Below are positions 53,930 through 63,464 of a stretch of DNA of 64,000 nt, piece after piece. Where the stretch lies: the NCBI GenBank assembly GCA_964628095.1, contig CAZVLR010000002.1:12795-76794 (forward strand), given 5' to 3'. The notes beneath the pieces are model-generated. The model saw nothing but the letters and a program-made list of their open reading frames with translations. It did not search any database and was not told the DNA's origin. The position numbers and the translations under genes were made by a program. Origin of the DNA: an uncultured Candidatus Saccharibacteria bacterium (GTDB lineage: Bacteria; Patescibacteriota; Minisyncoccia; Minisyncoccales; CAZVLR01). Position 1 is the first letter of the stretch; every line of letters begins with the position of its first letter.

Positions 53930-54870
53930 AGAACAATTCACCGATTTTACAGACAGATTTTCCCGAAAGAAAGCTTTTCTGGCGTGGCAAAGTGCGAGAC
54001 ACTTGGGAGATTCCCGAATTACCACCCGAAAAAACAAAGGACCGGCTTTTAATGATAACCACCGACCGGCTGTCCGCTTTTGACGTGGTTATGCCCCAAG
54101 GTGTGCCCGAGCTGGGAAAGCTGCGCAACCAGATTTCTCTTTTCTGGTTTGAATATTTCAAGCATGCTTTTCCAAACCACATTTTAAGCTCGGACCAGCT
54201 TTATTGCCAGGCTTTTGTACCCGGACATTCCGAATATGATTTATTGGGCCGATGCGCTTTAGTACACCGGGCGGAAGTTTTCCGGGTTGAATGCATTGTG
54301 CGGGGCCATCTTTCCGGTTCAGCCTGGAAAAGCTACAGGGAGAGCGGCACCATTTGCGGGTTAAAATATCCGGCCGGGCTTCAAGAATCGGATCATTTGC
54401 CTTACCCAATTTTCACCCCATCAACCAAATCAGATACGGGCCACGATGAGAACATCGATTTTGACACCATGGTTAATCTTTTGGGTAGCCACTTGGCCGA
54501 GCTCTTGAGGTCGGTTTCGCTGCAGATTTATACCAAAGCCGCAGCGTACGCCTTGGAATGCGGTATTATCATTGCTGATACCAAGTTTGAATTTGGCATT
54601 CGTCGGAACGATGGCAGAACTGTGCTGGTTGATGAATTGCTTACGCCCGACTCTTCCCGTTTTTGGCCTCTGGATGAATATAATCCCGGCGGGCCCCAAC
54701 CCAGTTTTGACAAGCAGTTTGTGCGGGATTACCTTGAATCGATTAAATGGAACAAGCAGCCGCCCGCGTCCAACTTGCCCGAATCAGTTATTGAGGGAAC
54801 AAGGCAGAGATATATTCAGGCCTATCAGATGTTAACCGGCATGACCTGGTGCTCTGAGCGCTTTGAATAG
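53926..54870 (+). CDS. purC: SAICAR synthetase (long form, 314 aa)
   Basis: GKVRDTWEI, LLMITTDRLSAFD and IIADTKFEFG motifs. SD GGAAGGAG upstream. Overlaps the upstream stop by 4 nt. Confidence 0.9.
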   Translation: MKNNSPILQTDFPERKLFWRGKVRDTWEIPELPPEKTKDRLLMITTDRLSAFDVVMPQGVPELGKLRNQISLFWFEYFKHAFPNHILSSDQLYCQAFVPGHSEYDLLGRCALVHRAEVFRVECIVRGHLSGSAWKSYRESGTICGLKYPAGLQESDHLPYPIFTPSTKSDTGHDENIDFDTMVNLLGSHLAELLRSVSLQIYTKAAAYALECGIIIADTKFEFGIRRNDGRTVLVDELLTPDSSRFWPLDEYNPGGPQPSFDKQFVRDYLESIKWNKQPPASNLPESVIEGTRQRYIQAYQMLTGMTWCSERFE

Positions 54871-54893
54871 ATAAGACAGTTTTAAAGTAAAAA

Positions 54894-54928
54894 AGCGCCT
54901 TCTTTTTAAGAGGAGGCGCTGTTTTTTT
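54894..54928 (+). terminator. terminator after purC
   Basis: AGCGCCTTCT (54894-54903) pairs with AGGAGGCGCT (54911-54920), followed by GTTTTTTT. Confidence 0.7.
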
Positions 54929-54973
54929 ACATAGACAAAAAACCCAAAAAAAGATAAAATCAATTAAATCAAA

Positions 54974-57403
54974 ATGAATTACGATCCTCAGAAAATAGAA
55001 CAAAAGTGGCAAAAAAAATGGGAAAAGGAGCCAGAACTTTATTCTGTTAATGAAAAAAGCCGGGCCGAAAAGCGGTATATTCTGGACATGTTTCCCTATC
55101 CGTCTTCTGACGGTTTGCATACGGGGCACGTTGAAAGTTACACTGCCACCGATATTATTTCCCGCTATTTAAGAATGAAGGGCTATAATGTGCTTCATCC
55201 CCAAGGTTGGGACGCTTTTGGTTTGCCGGCTGAAAACTACGCCATTAAAACGAAAACTCATCCCTCTCTTACTACCCAAAAAGCCATCAAAAACTTTAAA
55301 AAACAGATGAATATGATGGGTTTTTCTTACGATTGGTCGCGCGAGATAAATTCATCCGACCCGAATTATTACAAATGGACCCAGTGGTTTTTTTTGTTAC
55401 TTTATAAAAACGGCTTGGCCTACAAGGCTAAAGCCAAGGTTAATTGGTGCAAAGACTGCCAGACGGTTTTAGCCAACGAACAGGCCGAAGGCGGCATCTG
55501 CGAAAGATGTAAAAATCCAGTTATTCAAAGAGATCTGGAGCAGTGGTTTTTTAAGATCACCAATTTTATTGAAGATCAAGGGGAAACCAGCGGCTTAATC
55601 TCCGGGCTTGGCAAGGTTGATTGGCCCGAGCATACCAAAATTGCCCAGTTAAACTGGATTGGCAAATCCGAGGGTGCAGAAATTGATTTTTTACTTGAAA
55701 ACAGTAAAGAGAAAATCAGCGTTTTTACTACAAGGATTGATACTATTTTTTCCGGTACCTTTTTAATTTTAGCGCCCGAGCATTTATTGGTTGATAAAAT
55801 CACCCAGCCAGAACACAGAAAAGAAATAGAAGAATACGTTCAAAAAAGCAAGAATAAAACCGAATTGGAAAGATTGCAGGTGGAAAAAGAGAAAACAGGC
55901 GTATTTACCGGTGCTTTTGTTGCTAATCCGGCGACTGAAGAAAAAATTCCGGTTTGGATTTCAGATTTTGTTTTGCCCGATTATGGGACAGGGGCAGTAT
56001 TTGCCGATGCGCACGATGAGCGCGATTTTGAAATGGCCAAAAAATTCGGCATTCCTTTAAAGGTTTCCATAAGGCCCGAAGACGAGAATCTTTGGCAAAA
56101 AGTAGAAAAGCTACAAGAGTGTTATTCTGGCGACGGAATTTTGGTAAACTCTGGACAGTTTAACGGGCTAATTTCTGAGGAAGCAAGGAAAGAAATTCCC
56201 AAATGGTTGGCTAAAAAGGGTTTGGCCCGGGTAAAGATTAATTATAAAATACGGGATTGGTTGGTATCGCGGCAAAGGTACTGGGGTGCGCCCATACCAA
56301 TAATCTATTGCGAAAAATGTGGAGAAGTTCCGGTGCCAGAAAAAGATTTGCCCGTTGAGCTTCCCGACGATGTTGATTTTAAACCTACTGGGGAGTCGCC
56401 CCTAATCAATTCTAAAAAGTTTCATAATGTAAAATGTCCCAAATGCGAAGCTCAAGCGCGGCGCGAATTTGACACTATGGACACTTTTGTTTGTTCTTCC
56501 TGGTACTATTTTCGCTATGCCGATCCGAAAAATGAAAAAGAATTTGCCTCCAAAGAAAGAATAAAATATTGGCTGCCCGTTGATTTGTATTTGGGCGGCG
56601 CCGAACACACGGTTTTACATTTGCTTTACGCCCGTTTTTTCACCAAAGTTTTACATAACTTGGGATATATTGGCTTTGACGAACCTTTTTTAAAATTGCG
56701 CCATCAGGGCATAATTTTGGCCGAGGACGGCAGAAAAATGTCAAAATCTTTAGGAAACGTGATTAATCCCGACGACGTGGTAAAAGAATGCGGCGCTGAT
56801 ACCTTGCGTCTTTTTGAAATGTTTATGGGCCCTTTAGAAGATATGAAGCCCTGGAGCATAAAAAGCATTGTGGGCGTGCGTCGCTTTTTGGAAAAAGTTT
56901 GGAAGCTAAAGAATAATGCAACAAAAGATGTTAAAGAAAATGAAAAAATTACAATTTTATTTCATAAAACCTTAAAAAAAGTTACCGAAGACATTGAAAA
57001 TTTAAAATTCAACACGGCTTTAGCAGCCATGATGATATTGGTTAACGAGCTGCAAAAAGAAAAAGAAATTTCAAAAGCTGTTTTTGGCAATTTTTTAAAG
57101 ATTTTGGCCCCTTTTGCCCCACACATTGCCCAAGAACTGTGGGAGGGGCTTGGCAACAAAGAAAGTATCTTTAAAGAGAGTTGGCCCGAATACGATAAAA
57201 AATTAGTAAAAGACCAAAAAGTTACTTTAATTGTGCAGATTAACGGCCGCGTTCGGGATAAAATCGAAGTTGAGGCCAACATTGAAGAGAAAGAAGCCAA
57301 GGAGTTGGCTTTATCGAGCGATAAAATAAAAAAATGGCTTGAGGGCAAGGAGCCCAAAAATATTGTCTTTGTCCCGGGTAAATTAGTTAACATTGTTTTG
57401 TAA
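54974..57403 (+). CDS. leuS: leucine--tRNA ligase
   Basis: MFPYPSSDGLHTGHVESY (HIGH), CP1 editing region, and KMSKSLGN. Confidence 0.95.
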   Translation: MNYDPQKIEQKWQKKWEKEPELYSVNEKSRAEKRYILDMFPYPSSDGLHTGHVESYTATDIISRYLRMKGYNVLHPQGWDAFGLPAENYAIKTKTHPSLTTQKAIKNFKKQMNMMGFSYDWSREINSSDPNYYKWTQWFFLLLYKNGLAYKAKAKVNWCKDCQTVLANEQAEGGICERCKNPVIQRDLEQWFFKITNFIEDQGETSGLISGLGKVDWPEHTKIAQLNWIGKSEGAEIDFLLENSKEKISVFTTRIDTIFSGTFLILAPEHLLVDKITQPEHRKEIEEYVQKSKNKTELERLQVEKEKTGVFTGAFVANPATEEKIPVWISDFVLPDYGTGAVFADAHDERDFEMAKKFGIPLKVSIRPEDENLWQKVEKLQECYSGDGILVNSGQFNGLISEEARKEIPKWLAKKGLARVKINYKIRDWLVSRQRYWGAPIPIIYCEKCGEVPVPEKDLPVELPDDVDFKPTGESPLINSKKFHNVKCPKCEAQARREFDTMDTFVCSSWYYFRYADPKNEKEFASKERIKYWLPVDLYLGGAEHTVLHLLYARFFTKVLHNLGYIGFDEPFLKLRHQGIILAEDGRKMSKSLGNVINPDDVVKECGADTLRLFEMFMGPLEDMKPWSIKSIVGVRRFLEKVWKLKNNATKDVKENEKITILFHKTLKKVTEDIENLKFNTALAAMMILVNELQKEKEISKAVFGNFLKILAPFAPHIAQELWEGLGNKESIFKESWPEYDKKLVKDQKVTLIVQINGRVRDKIEVEANIEEKEAKELALSSDKIKKWLEGKEPKNIVFVPGKLVNIVL

Positions 57404-58252
57404 ATGCCAGAAGAAATAATTATCTCTGATCGGGAGAGCCTAGAAAAAACTAAAAAATCTATTTTAAAAGATGGGCCGCAAAAGGTTCATATTTTAGCTG
57501 ATTTTGATAAAACCCTAACCCGTGCTTTTGTTGGCGGTAAAAGCACGCCTTCTTTAATTTCTATTTTAAGGGATGAAAATTATTTAACCGCCGATTATAC
57601 ACAAACAACCAAGAAGCTTTACGAAAAATACCATTTGATTGAAATTAGTCCGGAAATTCCTTTGGCCGAAAAGAAAAAATTAATAAACGAATGGTATGTT
57701 AAGGTTTTTAATTTATTGATAGATTCTGGTTTAACCAAGGAAATTTTAGAAAAGGTTATAAATTCAGACCGGGTGCAATTCCGCCAGGGATTTAATGAAT
57801 TCATCGATATTTTAAAAATTAATAATATACCTCTGGTTATTATGTCGGCTAGCGGCTTAGGGGAAGAGGCAATTTCAATGTTTTTGGAAAAAGAAGGGAA
57901 ACTGTATGAAAACATTCATATTGTTTCCAATTCTTTTCAATGGGATGAAAACGGCAGGGCCTTGGCCGTAAAAGAGCCGATTATTCACAGCATGAACAAA
58001 GACGAAACTTTGCTTGAAAACTTCCCGTTTTTTCAAAAAATTGAAAACAGAAAAAACGTTATTTTACTGGGGGATAATTTAGAAGACATTAATATGGTTT
58101 TGGGCTTTGGTTATGACAATTTGTTGAAAGTAGGTTTTTTAAACGAAAAAACAGAAGAAAGCTTAGAACATTACAAGAAAGCTTTTGACGTGGTAATTCT
58201 TAACGACGTTTCGTTAAATTATATCAATAACTTATTAAAAGAAATAATATAG
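57404..58252 (+). CDS. HAD-superfamily nucleotidase resembling the cytosolic pyrimidine 5'-nucleotidase (UMPH-1/P5N-1) family
   Basis: Motif I ADFDKTLT (DxDxT), motif II VIMSASGLG, motif IV ILLGDNLEDINM. The ATG directly follows the leuS TAA. Confidence 0.65.
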   Translation: MPEEIIISDRESLEKTKKSILKDGPQKVHILADFDKTLTRAFVGGKSTPSLISILRDENYLTADYTQTTKKLYEKYHLIEISPEIPLAEKKKLINEWYVKVFNLLIDSGLTKEILEKVINSDRVQFRQGFNEFIDILKINNIPLVIMSASGLGEEAISMFLEKEGKLYENIHIVSNSFQWDENGRALAVKEPIIHSMNKDETLLENFPFFQKIENRKNVILLGDNLEDINMVLGFGYDNLLKVGFLNEKTEESLEHYKKAFDVVILNDVSLNYINNLLKEII

Positions 58253-58271
58253 CTATCGAACGTTTTATTAA

Positions 58272-58302
58272 GAGGGCGGCTTTTAGCCGCCCTTTTCTTT
58301 TT
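58272..58302 (+). terminator. terminator after the nucleotidase gene
   Basis: GGGCGGC (58274-58280), loop TTTTA, GCCGCCC (58286-58292), followed by TTTTCTTTTT. Confidence 0.7.
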
Positions 58303-58346
58303 CTTGCCAATATGATTAGATAAAAAATCAATATTATTAAACTGTT

Positions 58347-60173
58347 ATGTGCGGTATTGTCGGCTATATTGGCAAAAAGGAGGCTTTTCCTATTTTATTA
58401 TCCGGCCTCAAAAAAATGGAATACCGGGGCTACGACAGCTACGGCGCCTGTATTTTGAATTCGCAGAACGAATTGTTTTTATGCAAGAAAACCGGCAAAA
58501 TTTCAGAAGCTCAGGAAATATATACTTTAAATCCCGAAGGTAAAATGGGCATTGCCCATACCCGCTGGGCCACCACAGGAGGCATTAGCGTTGAAAACGC
58601 CCACCCACATTCGGACTGCCACAAGGACATATTTTTAGTTCATAACGGCATTATTGAAAACTACCAAGAATTGAAAGAAAAATTAATCATTGAAGGCCAT
58701 AGATTTACTTCTGAAACCGATACCGAAGTGCTTTGCCATTTAATCGAAAAGTTTTTTGTCGATAATTTAGAGGAAGCGGTAGTTAAAGCGTTAAAATTGG
58801 TAAGGGGCACCTATGGCTTGGCCGTAGTTTCGCGCATGGACCCCTTAAAAATTGTGGCAGTGCGCAATTCATCACCTTTATTAATCGGCGTGGGCGATCA
58901 GGAATATATTTTAGCTTCCGATCCAGCCGGTATTATTGAAACAACTAACAAAGTAATTTATTTGGCCGATAAGGAAATTGCAATTTTAACTCCTATGGAG
59001 CTGGCGATTTTTGATTCGGAACTTAATAAAAAAGATAAAACCGTAGAAAAAATGGAGTGGAATGTTAAAGAGGCGCAAAGGGGCGAGTACTCTCATTTTA
59101 TGATGAAAGAAATCATGGAGCAGCCCGAGTCCATCAGTAATTCTTTAAGGGGCAGGCTGGTATTGGATTCGGGGTTGGCCAAGCTTGGCGGCTTGGAAAC
59201 GGTTCAGGAAAAGCTTAAAAATATCAATCGGATCAATATTGTCGCCTGCGGTACGGCTTTTCATGCGGGCTTGGTGGGAGAATATATGTTAGAAGAGTAT
59301 GCCGGCATTCCAACCGAAGTTGATTTTGCCTCCGAATTTCGCTACCGGAATCAGGTTTTTAACAAAAACGCCGCTTTTTTATTTATTTCCCAGTCGGGCG
59401 AAACCGCCGACACCCTGGCGGCCTTAAGAGAGGTAAAAAGAAAAGAGGGTTTGGCTTTGGGCATTGTTAATGTGGTGGCTTCGTCTTTGGCCCGAGAAAC
59501 CGAAGCCGGGGTTTATAACCATGCGGGTCCGGAAATCGGGGTGGCCTCCACCAAAGCTTTTACTTCCCAATTAACAGTGCTGGCTTTGCTAACTTTGTTT
59601 TTGGCTCGACAGCGAAACTTATCTTTGGTAATGGGTCAGAAAGTAGCCCGGGAAATTGCGAATTTGCCCGAACTTACAAAAAGAGTTTTAAAAACTTCTT
59701 CATATATTAAGCACTTGGCGCAAAAATACAAAAAACACGACAACTTCCTATTTATCGGCCGGAAATACAATTATCCTATAGCTTTAGAAGGCGCTTTGAA
59801 ATTAAAAGAAATTTCATATCTTAACGCTCAAGGCTATAGCGCGGGCGAAATGAAGCACGGGCCCTTAGCCTTGATTAACGAGAACTTCCCCACCATTGCT
59901 ATTTGCCTTTCTGATTCGGTTTACGAAAAGAATATTTCTAACATCGAGGAAATAAAAGCCAGAAAGGGCCGGGTGCTGGCCTTGGCTACTGAAGGCAACC
60001 AGGAAATTAAAAAAATTGTGGACGACGTAATTTTTATTCCCAAAACCATGGAATTTTTAACCCCGATCTTGTCTGTAATTCCCTTGCAGCTTTTTGCTTA
60101 TTACACCGCGCTTTTAAGGGGTTGCGACATCGATAAACCCAGGAATTTGGCCAAATCGGTAACGACCGAATAA
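58347..60173 (+). CDS. glmS: glutamine--fructose-6-phosphate aminotransferase
   Basis: N-terminal MCGIVGYIG (Cys2 nucleophile), two SIS domains, and a C-terminal ...KPRNLAKSVTTE. Confidence 0.95.
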   Translation: MCGIVGYIGKKEAFPILLSGLKKMEYRGYDSYGACILNSQNELFLCKKTGKISEAQEIYTLNPEGKMGIAHTRWATTGGISVENAHPHSDCHKDIFLVHNGIIENYQELKEKLIIEGHRFTSETDTEVLCHLIEKFFVDNLEEAVVKALKLVRGTYGLAVVSRMDPLKIVAVRNSSPLLIGVGDQEYILASDPAGIIETTNKVIYLADKEIAILTPMELAIFDSELNKKDKTVEKMEWNVKEAQRGEYSHFMMKEIMEQPESISNSLRGRLVLDSGLAKLGGLETVQEKLKNINRINIVACGTAFHAGLVGEYMLEEYAGIPTEVDFASEFRYRNQVFNKNAAFLFISQSGETADTLAALREVKRKEGLALGIVNVVASSLARETEAGVYNHAGPEIGVASTKAFTSQLTVLALLTLFLARQRNLSLVMGQKVAREIANLPELTKRVLKTSSYIKHLAQKYKKHDNFLFIGRKYNYPIALEGALKLKEISYLNAQGYSAGEMKHGPLALINENFPTIAICLSDSVYEKNISNIEEIKARKGRVLALATEGNQEIKKIVDDVIFIPKTMEFLTPILSVIPLQLFAYYTALLRGCDIDKPRNLAKSVTTE

Positions 60174-60255
60174 TCCACATTTTATTGTTTGATTTTTGTA
60201 TAAATAAAAGCTAAAATAATAATTGATTTAAGTAAAATCTATTTTTTATATAAAC

Positions 60256-61914
60256 ATGGCGGAGAATTTATTGGAAAAATCAGGAGAAAAAGTAATCTTA
60301 ATGGGAAATGAAGCAATTGTGCGGGGCGCTTTAGAAGCGGGTGTGGAGTTTGTGTCCACCTATCCTGGCACTCCTTCTTCGGAAATTGGCAATATTTTTT
60401 ATCGGATCGGAAAAAACCAGAACGTTTATTTTGAATTCTCCACTAATGAAAAAGTGGCCTTGGAAGCGGGCATTGGCGCTTCTTTTTCCGGTTTAAAAAC
60501 CTTAGTAGCTATGAAGAACTTTGGATTGAATGTCTGCTCCGATTCTCTTTTGCCCTTTTTATATACTGGAACAAAGGGGCCAACCGTAATTATTACCGCC
60601 GATGATCCTTCTTGCCACAGCTCAGCCCAATCAGAGGAAAACACCCGTCCCTTTGCCTACTTGGCGCACATTCCGATTTTAGAACCTTCAACCCCCCAAG
60701 AATGCAAAGATTTTGTAAAGCAGGCCTTTTTGATTTCAGAAAAGTACAATATACCGGTTTTAATTCGTAATACCACGCGGGTTTCGCATCAGCGGGCGAT
60801 TGTGGAACTGGGCCAGGTAAAAGAAAGGAACGCCATTTCCCATGGCAAATTCGTAAAAGACAATAAACGATTTGTTACTTTGCCTCCGCGCGTGCTGGAA
60901 ATGAAAAAAGAGCTTTTGGAGAAAATAAAAAAGATAGGAATTGATGCTGAAAAAAGCTCGATTAATCAAATAATTAACCAGAATCGGTTGGGCAAGGATA
61001 AAATCGGCATTATTACCTCGGGTGTTTCTTATTTGCATGTAATGGAGTCTTTAAAGGAATTAAATTTAAGTTTGCCGGTTTTTAAACTTGGTTTTTTTCA
61101 TCCTTTGCCCGAGCAGAAGATTAAAAGCTACATTAAAAAATTAAAGAAAGTTTTAATCGTTGAAGAGTTGGAGCCGTTTTTACAAAAAGAAATTGAAAGA
61201 ATCGCCAAAGAAACCAATTGCAAGTTGGAGATTTTTGGCAAAGACGTGCTTTCGGAAATTGGCGAAATGAAGCCAGAATTTGTAGAGCAGGCTTTGTTAA
61301 AAATACTTCATAAAAAACCCAAAATTGTAAAAGTGAAAAAATTGAGCGTTGAATTGGCACGGCGATCACCCCAAATGTGCCCAGGCTGCCCCTATTGGCT
61401 GGTAGTTTCGGCCATAAAAGGCGCAGTAGACACCAAAGAAGTGGTTTTTGGCGGCGATATCGGCTGTTACATGCTTTTGGGCTCGCCCCAGGTTGGCTTG
61501 CAGGATTATCTTTTATGTATGGGTTCTTCTATTGGCCTGGCTCATGGCATTAAAAAAGCTACCGGGCAAAAATTGATTACTTTTATTGGCGACTCCACTT
61601 TTTTTCATGCCGGCCTGCCCGCTTTAATCAACGCTGTTTTTAACGGGTCAAATCCTTTAATAATTATTTTAGCCAATTATACTACCGCCATGACCGGCCA
61701 TCAGCCCCATCCGAGCGTGCCTTTGTTGCCCAACGCCATTGATATTGAAAAAACCTGTCGGGCTTTAGGCGTTAAAAACTTAGTTTCTTTAGCGCCGGAC
61801 AACCAGGAAGAGTTTAAGAATAAAATCCGGGAATTTATGGCGAAAGACGAAGTGTCGGTGATTATTTCTAAAAAGCCGTGTATTTTTGTAAAAGACAAAT
61901 ATGCCCAAAAGTAA
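60256..61914 (+). CDS. iorA: indolepyruvate/2-oxoacid:ferredoxin oxidoreductase alpha subunit (IorA-like)
   Basis: MGNEAIVRGALEAGV..VSTYPGTPSSEI N-terminus and TPP-binding region CPGCPYW...GDIGCY...GDSTFFH. No CxxCxxCxxxCP ferredoxin motif is visible. Confidence 0.8.
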   Translation: MAENLLEKSGEKVILMGNEAIVRGALEAGVEFVSTYPGTPSSEIGNIFYRIGKNQNVYFEFSTNEKVALEAGIGASFSGLKTLVAMKNFGLNVCSDSLLPFLYTGTKGPTVIITADDPSCHSSAQSEENTRPFAYLAHIPILEPSTPQECKDFVKQAFLISEKYNIPVLIRNTTRVSHQRAIVELGQVKERNAISHGKFVKDNKRFVTLPPRVLEMKKELLEKIKKIGIDAEKSSINQIINQNRLGKDKIGIITSGVSYLHVMESLKELNLSLPVFKLGFFHPLPEQKIKSYIKKLKKVLIVEELEPFLQKEIERIAKETNCKLEIFGKDVLSEIGEMKPEFVEQALLKILHKKPKIVKVKKLSVELARRSPQMCPGCPYWLVVSAIKGAVDTKEVVFGGDIGCYMLLGSPQVGLQDYLLCMGSSIGLAHGIKKATGQKLITFIGDSTFFHAGLPALINAVFNGSNPLIIILANYTTAMTGHQPHPSVPLLPNAIDIEKTCRALGVKNLVSLAPDNQEEFKNKIREFMAKDEVSVIISKKPCIFVKDKYAQK

Positions 61915-62497
61915 TTCCAAAACAAAAAAAGATTTTAATATGATGATTGTCGGCACGGGCGGCCAGGGCTTAATTACCTTGCTTCAGATTATCGCCGAAG
62001 CTGCCAAGATGGAGGGAAAGGACGTAAGAACTTCCGAGCTTCATGGTTTAGCCCAGCGGGGCGGTTCGGTTGAGGTTCACATTAGGTTTGGAGAAAAGGT
62101 TTTTGCGCCCTTGGTATCTCAGGGCCGGGCCGATTTCATTTTAGGCCTAGAAATGCAAGAGGCTTTAAAAGCTCATGTTTTTGCTTCCGACAGTACAGTT
62201 TTTTTAATCAACAAAAATTTTATTCCCATACCTTTATCCAAACCGATTAGCGAAGAAGATATTATCAAAAACATCAAGAAAATATCCAAGGAGGCGTTTT
62301 TGGTGCCTGCGGCTGAAATCTGCCAGAAGGAATTAGGCAGCAGCGTGGTTTCGGGCATTTATCTTGTTTCCCTGGCTGTTTGCAAACAACTGATTCCTTT
62401 GAAGCCCGAATCCTTGGAAAAGGCCATTAGGAAAATGATTCCGGAAAGCTATTTGGAATTAAATTTAAAAACTTTCCAGCTGGCCCAGAAGAAATAA
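61901..62497 (+). CDS. iorB: indolepyruvate oxidoreductase beta subunit (IorB-like)
   Basis: MMIVGTGGQGLITL...TSELHGLAQRGGSV core. The start is either 61901 (14-nt overlap with iorA) or ATG 61940. Confidence 0.8.
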   Translation: MPKSNSKTKKDFNMMIVGTGGQGLITLLQIIAEAAKMEGKDVRTSELHGLAQRGGSVEVHIRFGEKVFAPLVSQGRADFILGLEMQEALKAHVFASDSTVFLINKNFIPIPLSKPISEEDIIKNIKKISKEAFLVPAAEICQKELGSSVVSGIYLVSLAVCKQLIPLKPESLEKAIRKMIPESYLELNLKTFQLAQKK

Positions 62498-62519
62498 TCA
62501 AAACCCTCGGTTTTCAAAC

Positions 62520-63464
62520 ATGAATAAAAAAAACATCGTTTGTCTGGGTGGGGGAAACGCCATGCCCAAAGCCGTTTTAATGGGCTTAAAAAAATATCCG
62601 GTAAAGATTTCCGCTATTTGCGCCATGCTCGACTCGGGCGGTTCGGCGGGAAGGTTGCGCAAGGACTATAAAATTGTTTCTCCCGGCGATATCCGTCGGG
62701 CTTTTCTGGCTTTAGCTGATACCTCGCCCATTATTGAGAATCTTTTCAACTACCGCTTTGACGTCGGCGCTTTAAAAGACCATAACTTTGCCAATTTACT
62801 AATTACGGCTTTAGAACTTTCAACCAATAATTACGAGCAGACCATAAAAGAGGTAAAGAAAATATTGAACGTAAAGCACGAAGTGCTGCCCTGTACTTTA
62901 GAAAAGGCCAATCTTTATGCGGTATTGGAAAACGGAAAGGTGATTTCGGGCGAAACCAATATTGATATTCCAAAGCATAACGGCAATTTAAAAATAAAGA
63001 GAGTTTTCTTAAAACCCGAAGCGAAGGCTTATACCAAAACCCTTGAGGCTATTAAAAAAGCCAATTTGATTGTTATCGGCCCGGGCGATCTTTATTCTTC
63101 TTTGGCCCAGATTTTATTGACCAAAGGCGTAAATAGGGCTATTTTAAAAAGCAAAGCTAAGAAAGTTTATATTTGCAACTTAATGACCAAATACGGCGAA
63201 ACTAATAATTTTTCGGTTCTGGACTTTACCAGGGAAATAGAAAAATATCTGGGCTTTCCCCTAGATTATGTTTTGTATAATAATGCCATGCCCAAGAGTA
63301 ACGAAATTAAAAAACAGAAAAAGATTTTTTCTTTGCTGTTGGAGACAGTGAAAATAGACAAAGGTTTATCGCCAGAAAAATTTATCGGCAAAAATTTGCT
63401 AACCCAAGGCGCGGTTGAGCACGACCCCCAAAAAATAGCCAAAGCCTTAATATCTCTTTTATGA
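62520..63464 (+). CDS. YvcK/CofD-family protein (UPF0052, gluconeogenesis-factor-like)
   Basis: IVCLGGGNAMPKAVLMGLK, MLDSGGSAGRLR and IGPGDLYSSL motifs. Confidence 0.8.
   Translation: MNKKNIVCLGGGNAMPKAVLMGLKKYPVKISAICAMLDSGGSAGRLRKDYKIVSPGDIRRAFLALADTSPIIENLFNYRFDVGALKDHNFANLLITALELSTNNYEQTIKEVKKILNVKHEVLPCTLEKANLYAVLENGKVISGETNIDIPKHNGNLKIKRVFLKPEAKAYTKTLEAIKKANLIVIGPGDLYSSLAQILLTKGVNRAILKSKAKKVYICNLMTKYGETNNFSVLDFTREIEKYLGFPLDYVLYNNAMPKSNEIKKQKKIFSLLLETVKIDKGLSPEKFIGKNLLTQGAVEHDPQKIAKALISLL

Noticed and set aside
58253-58346. Possible glmS ribozyme upstream of glmS
   Set aside because: The gap is only 94 nt, and most of it is taken up by the upstream terminator and an AT-rich promoter-like stretch. 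That is too short for the ribozyme core of about 170 nt, and none of its conserved pairings are visible.
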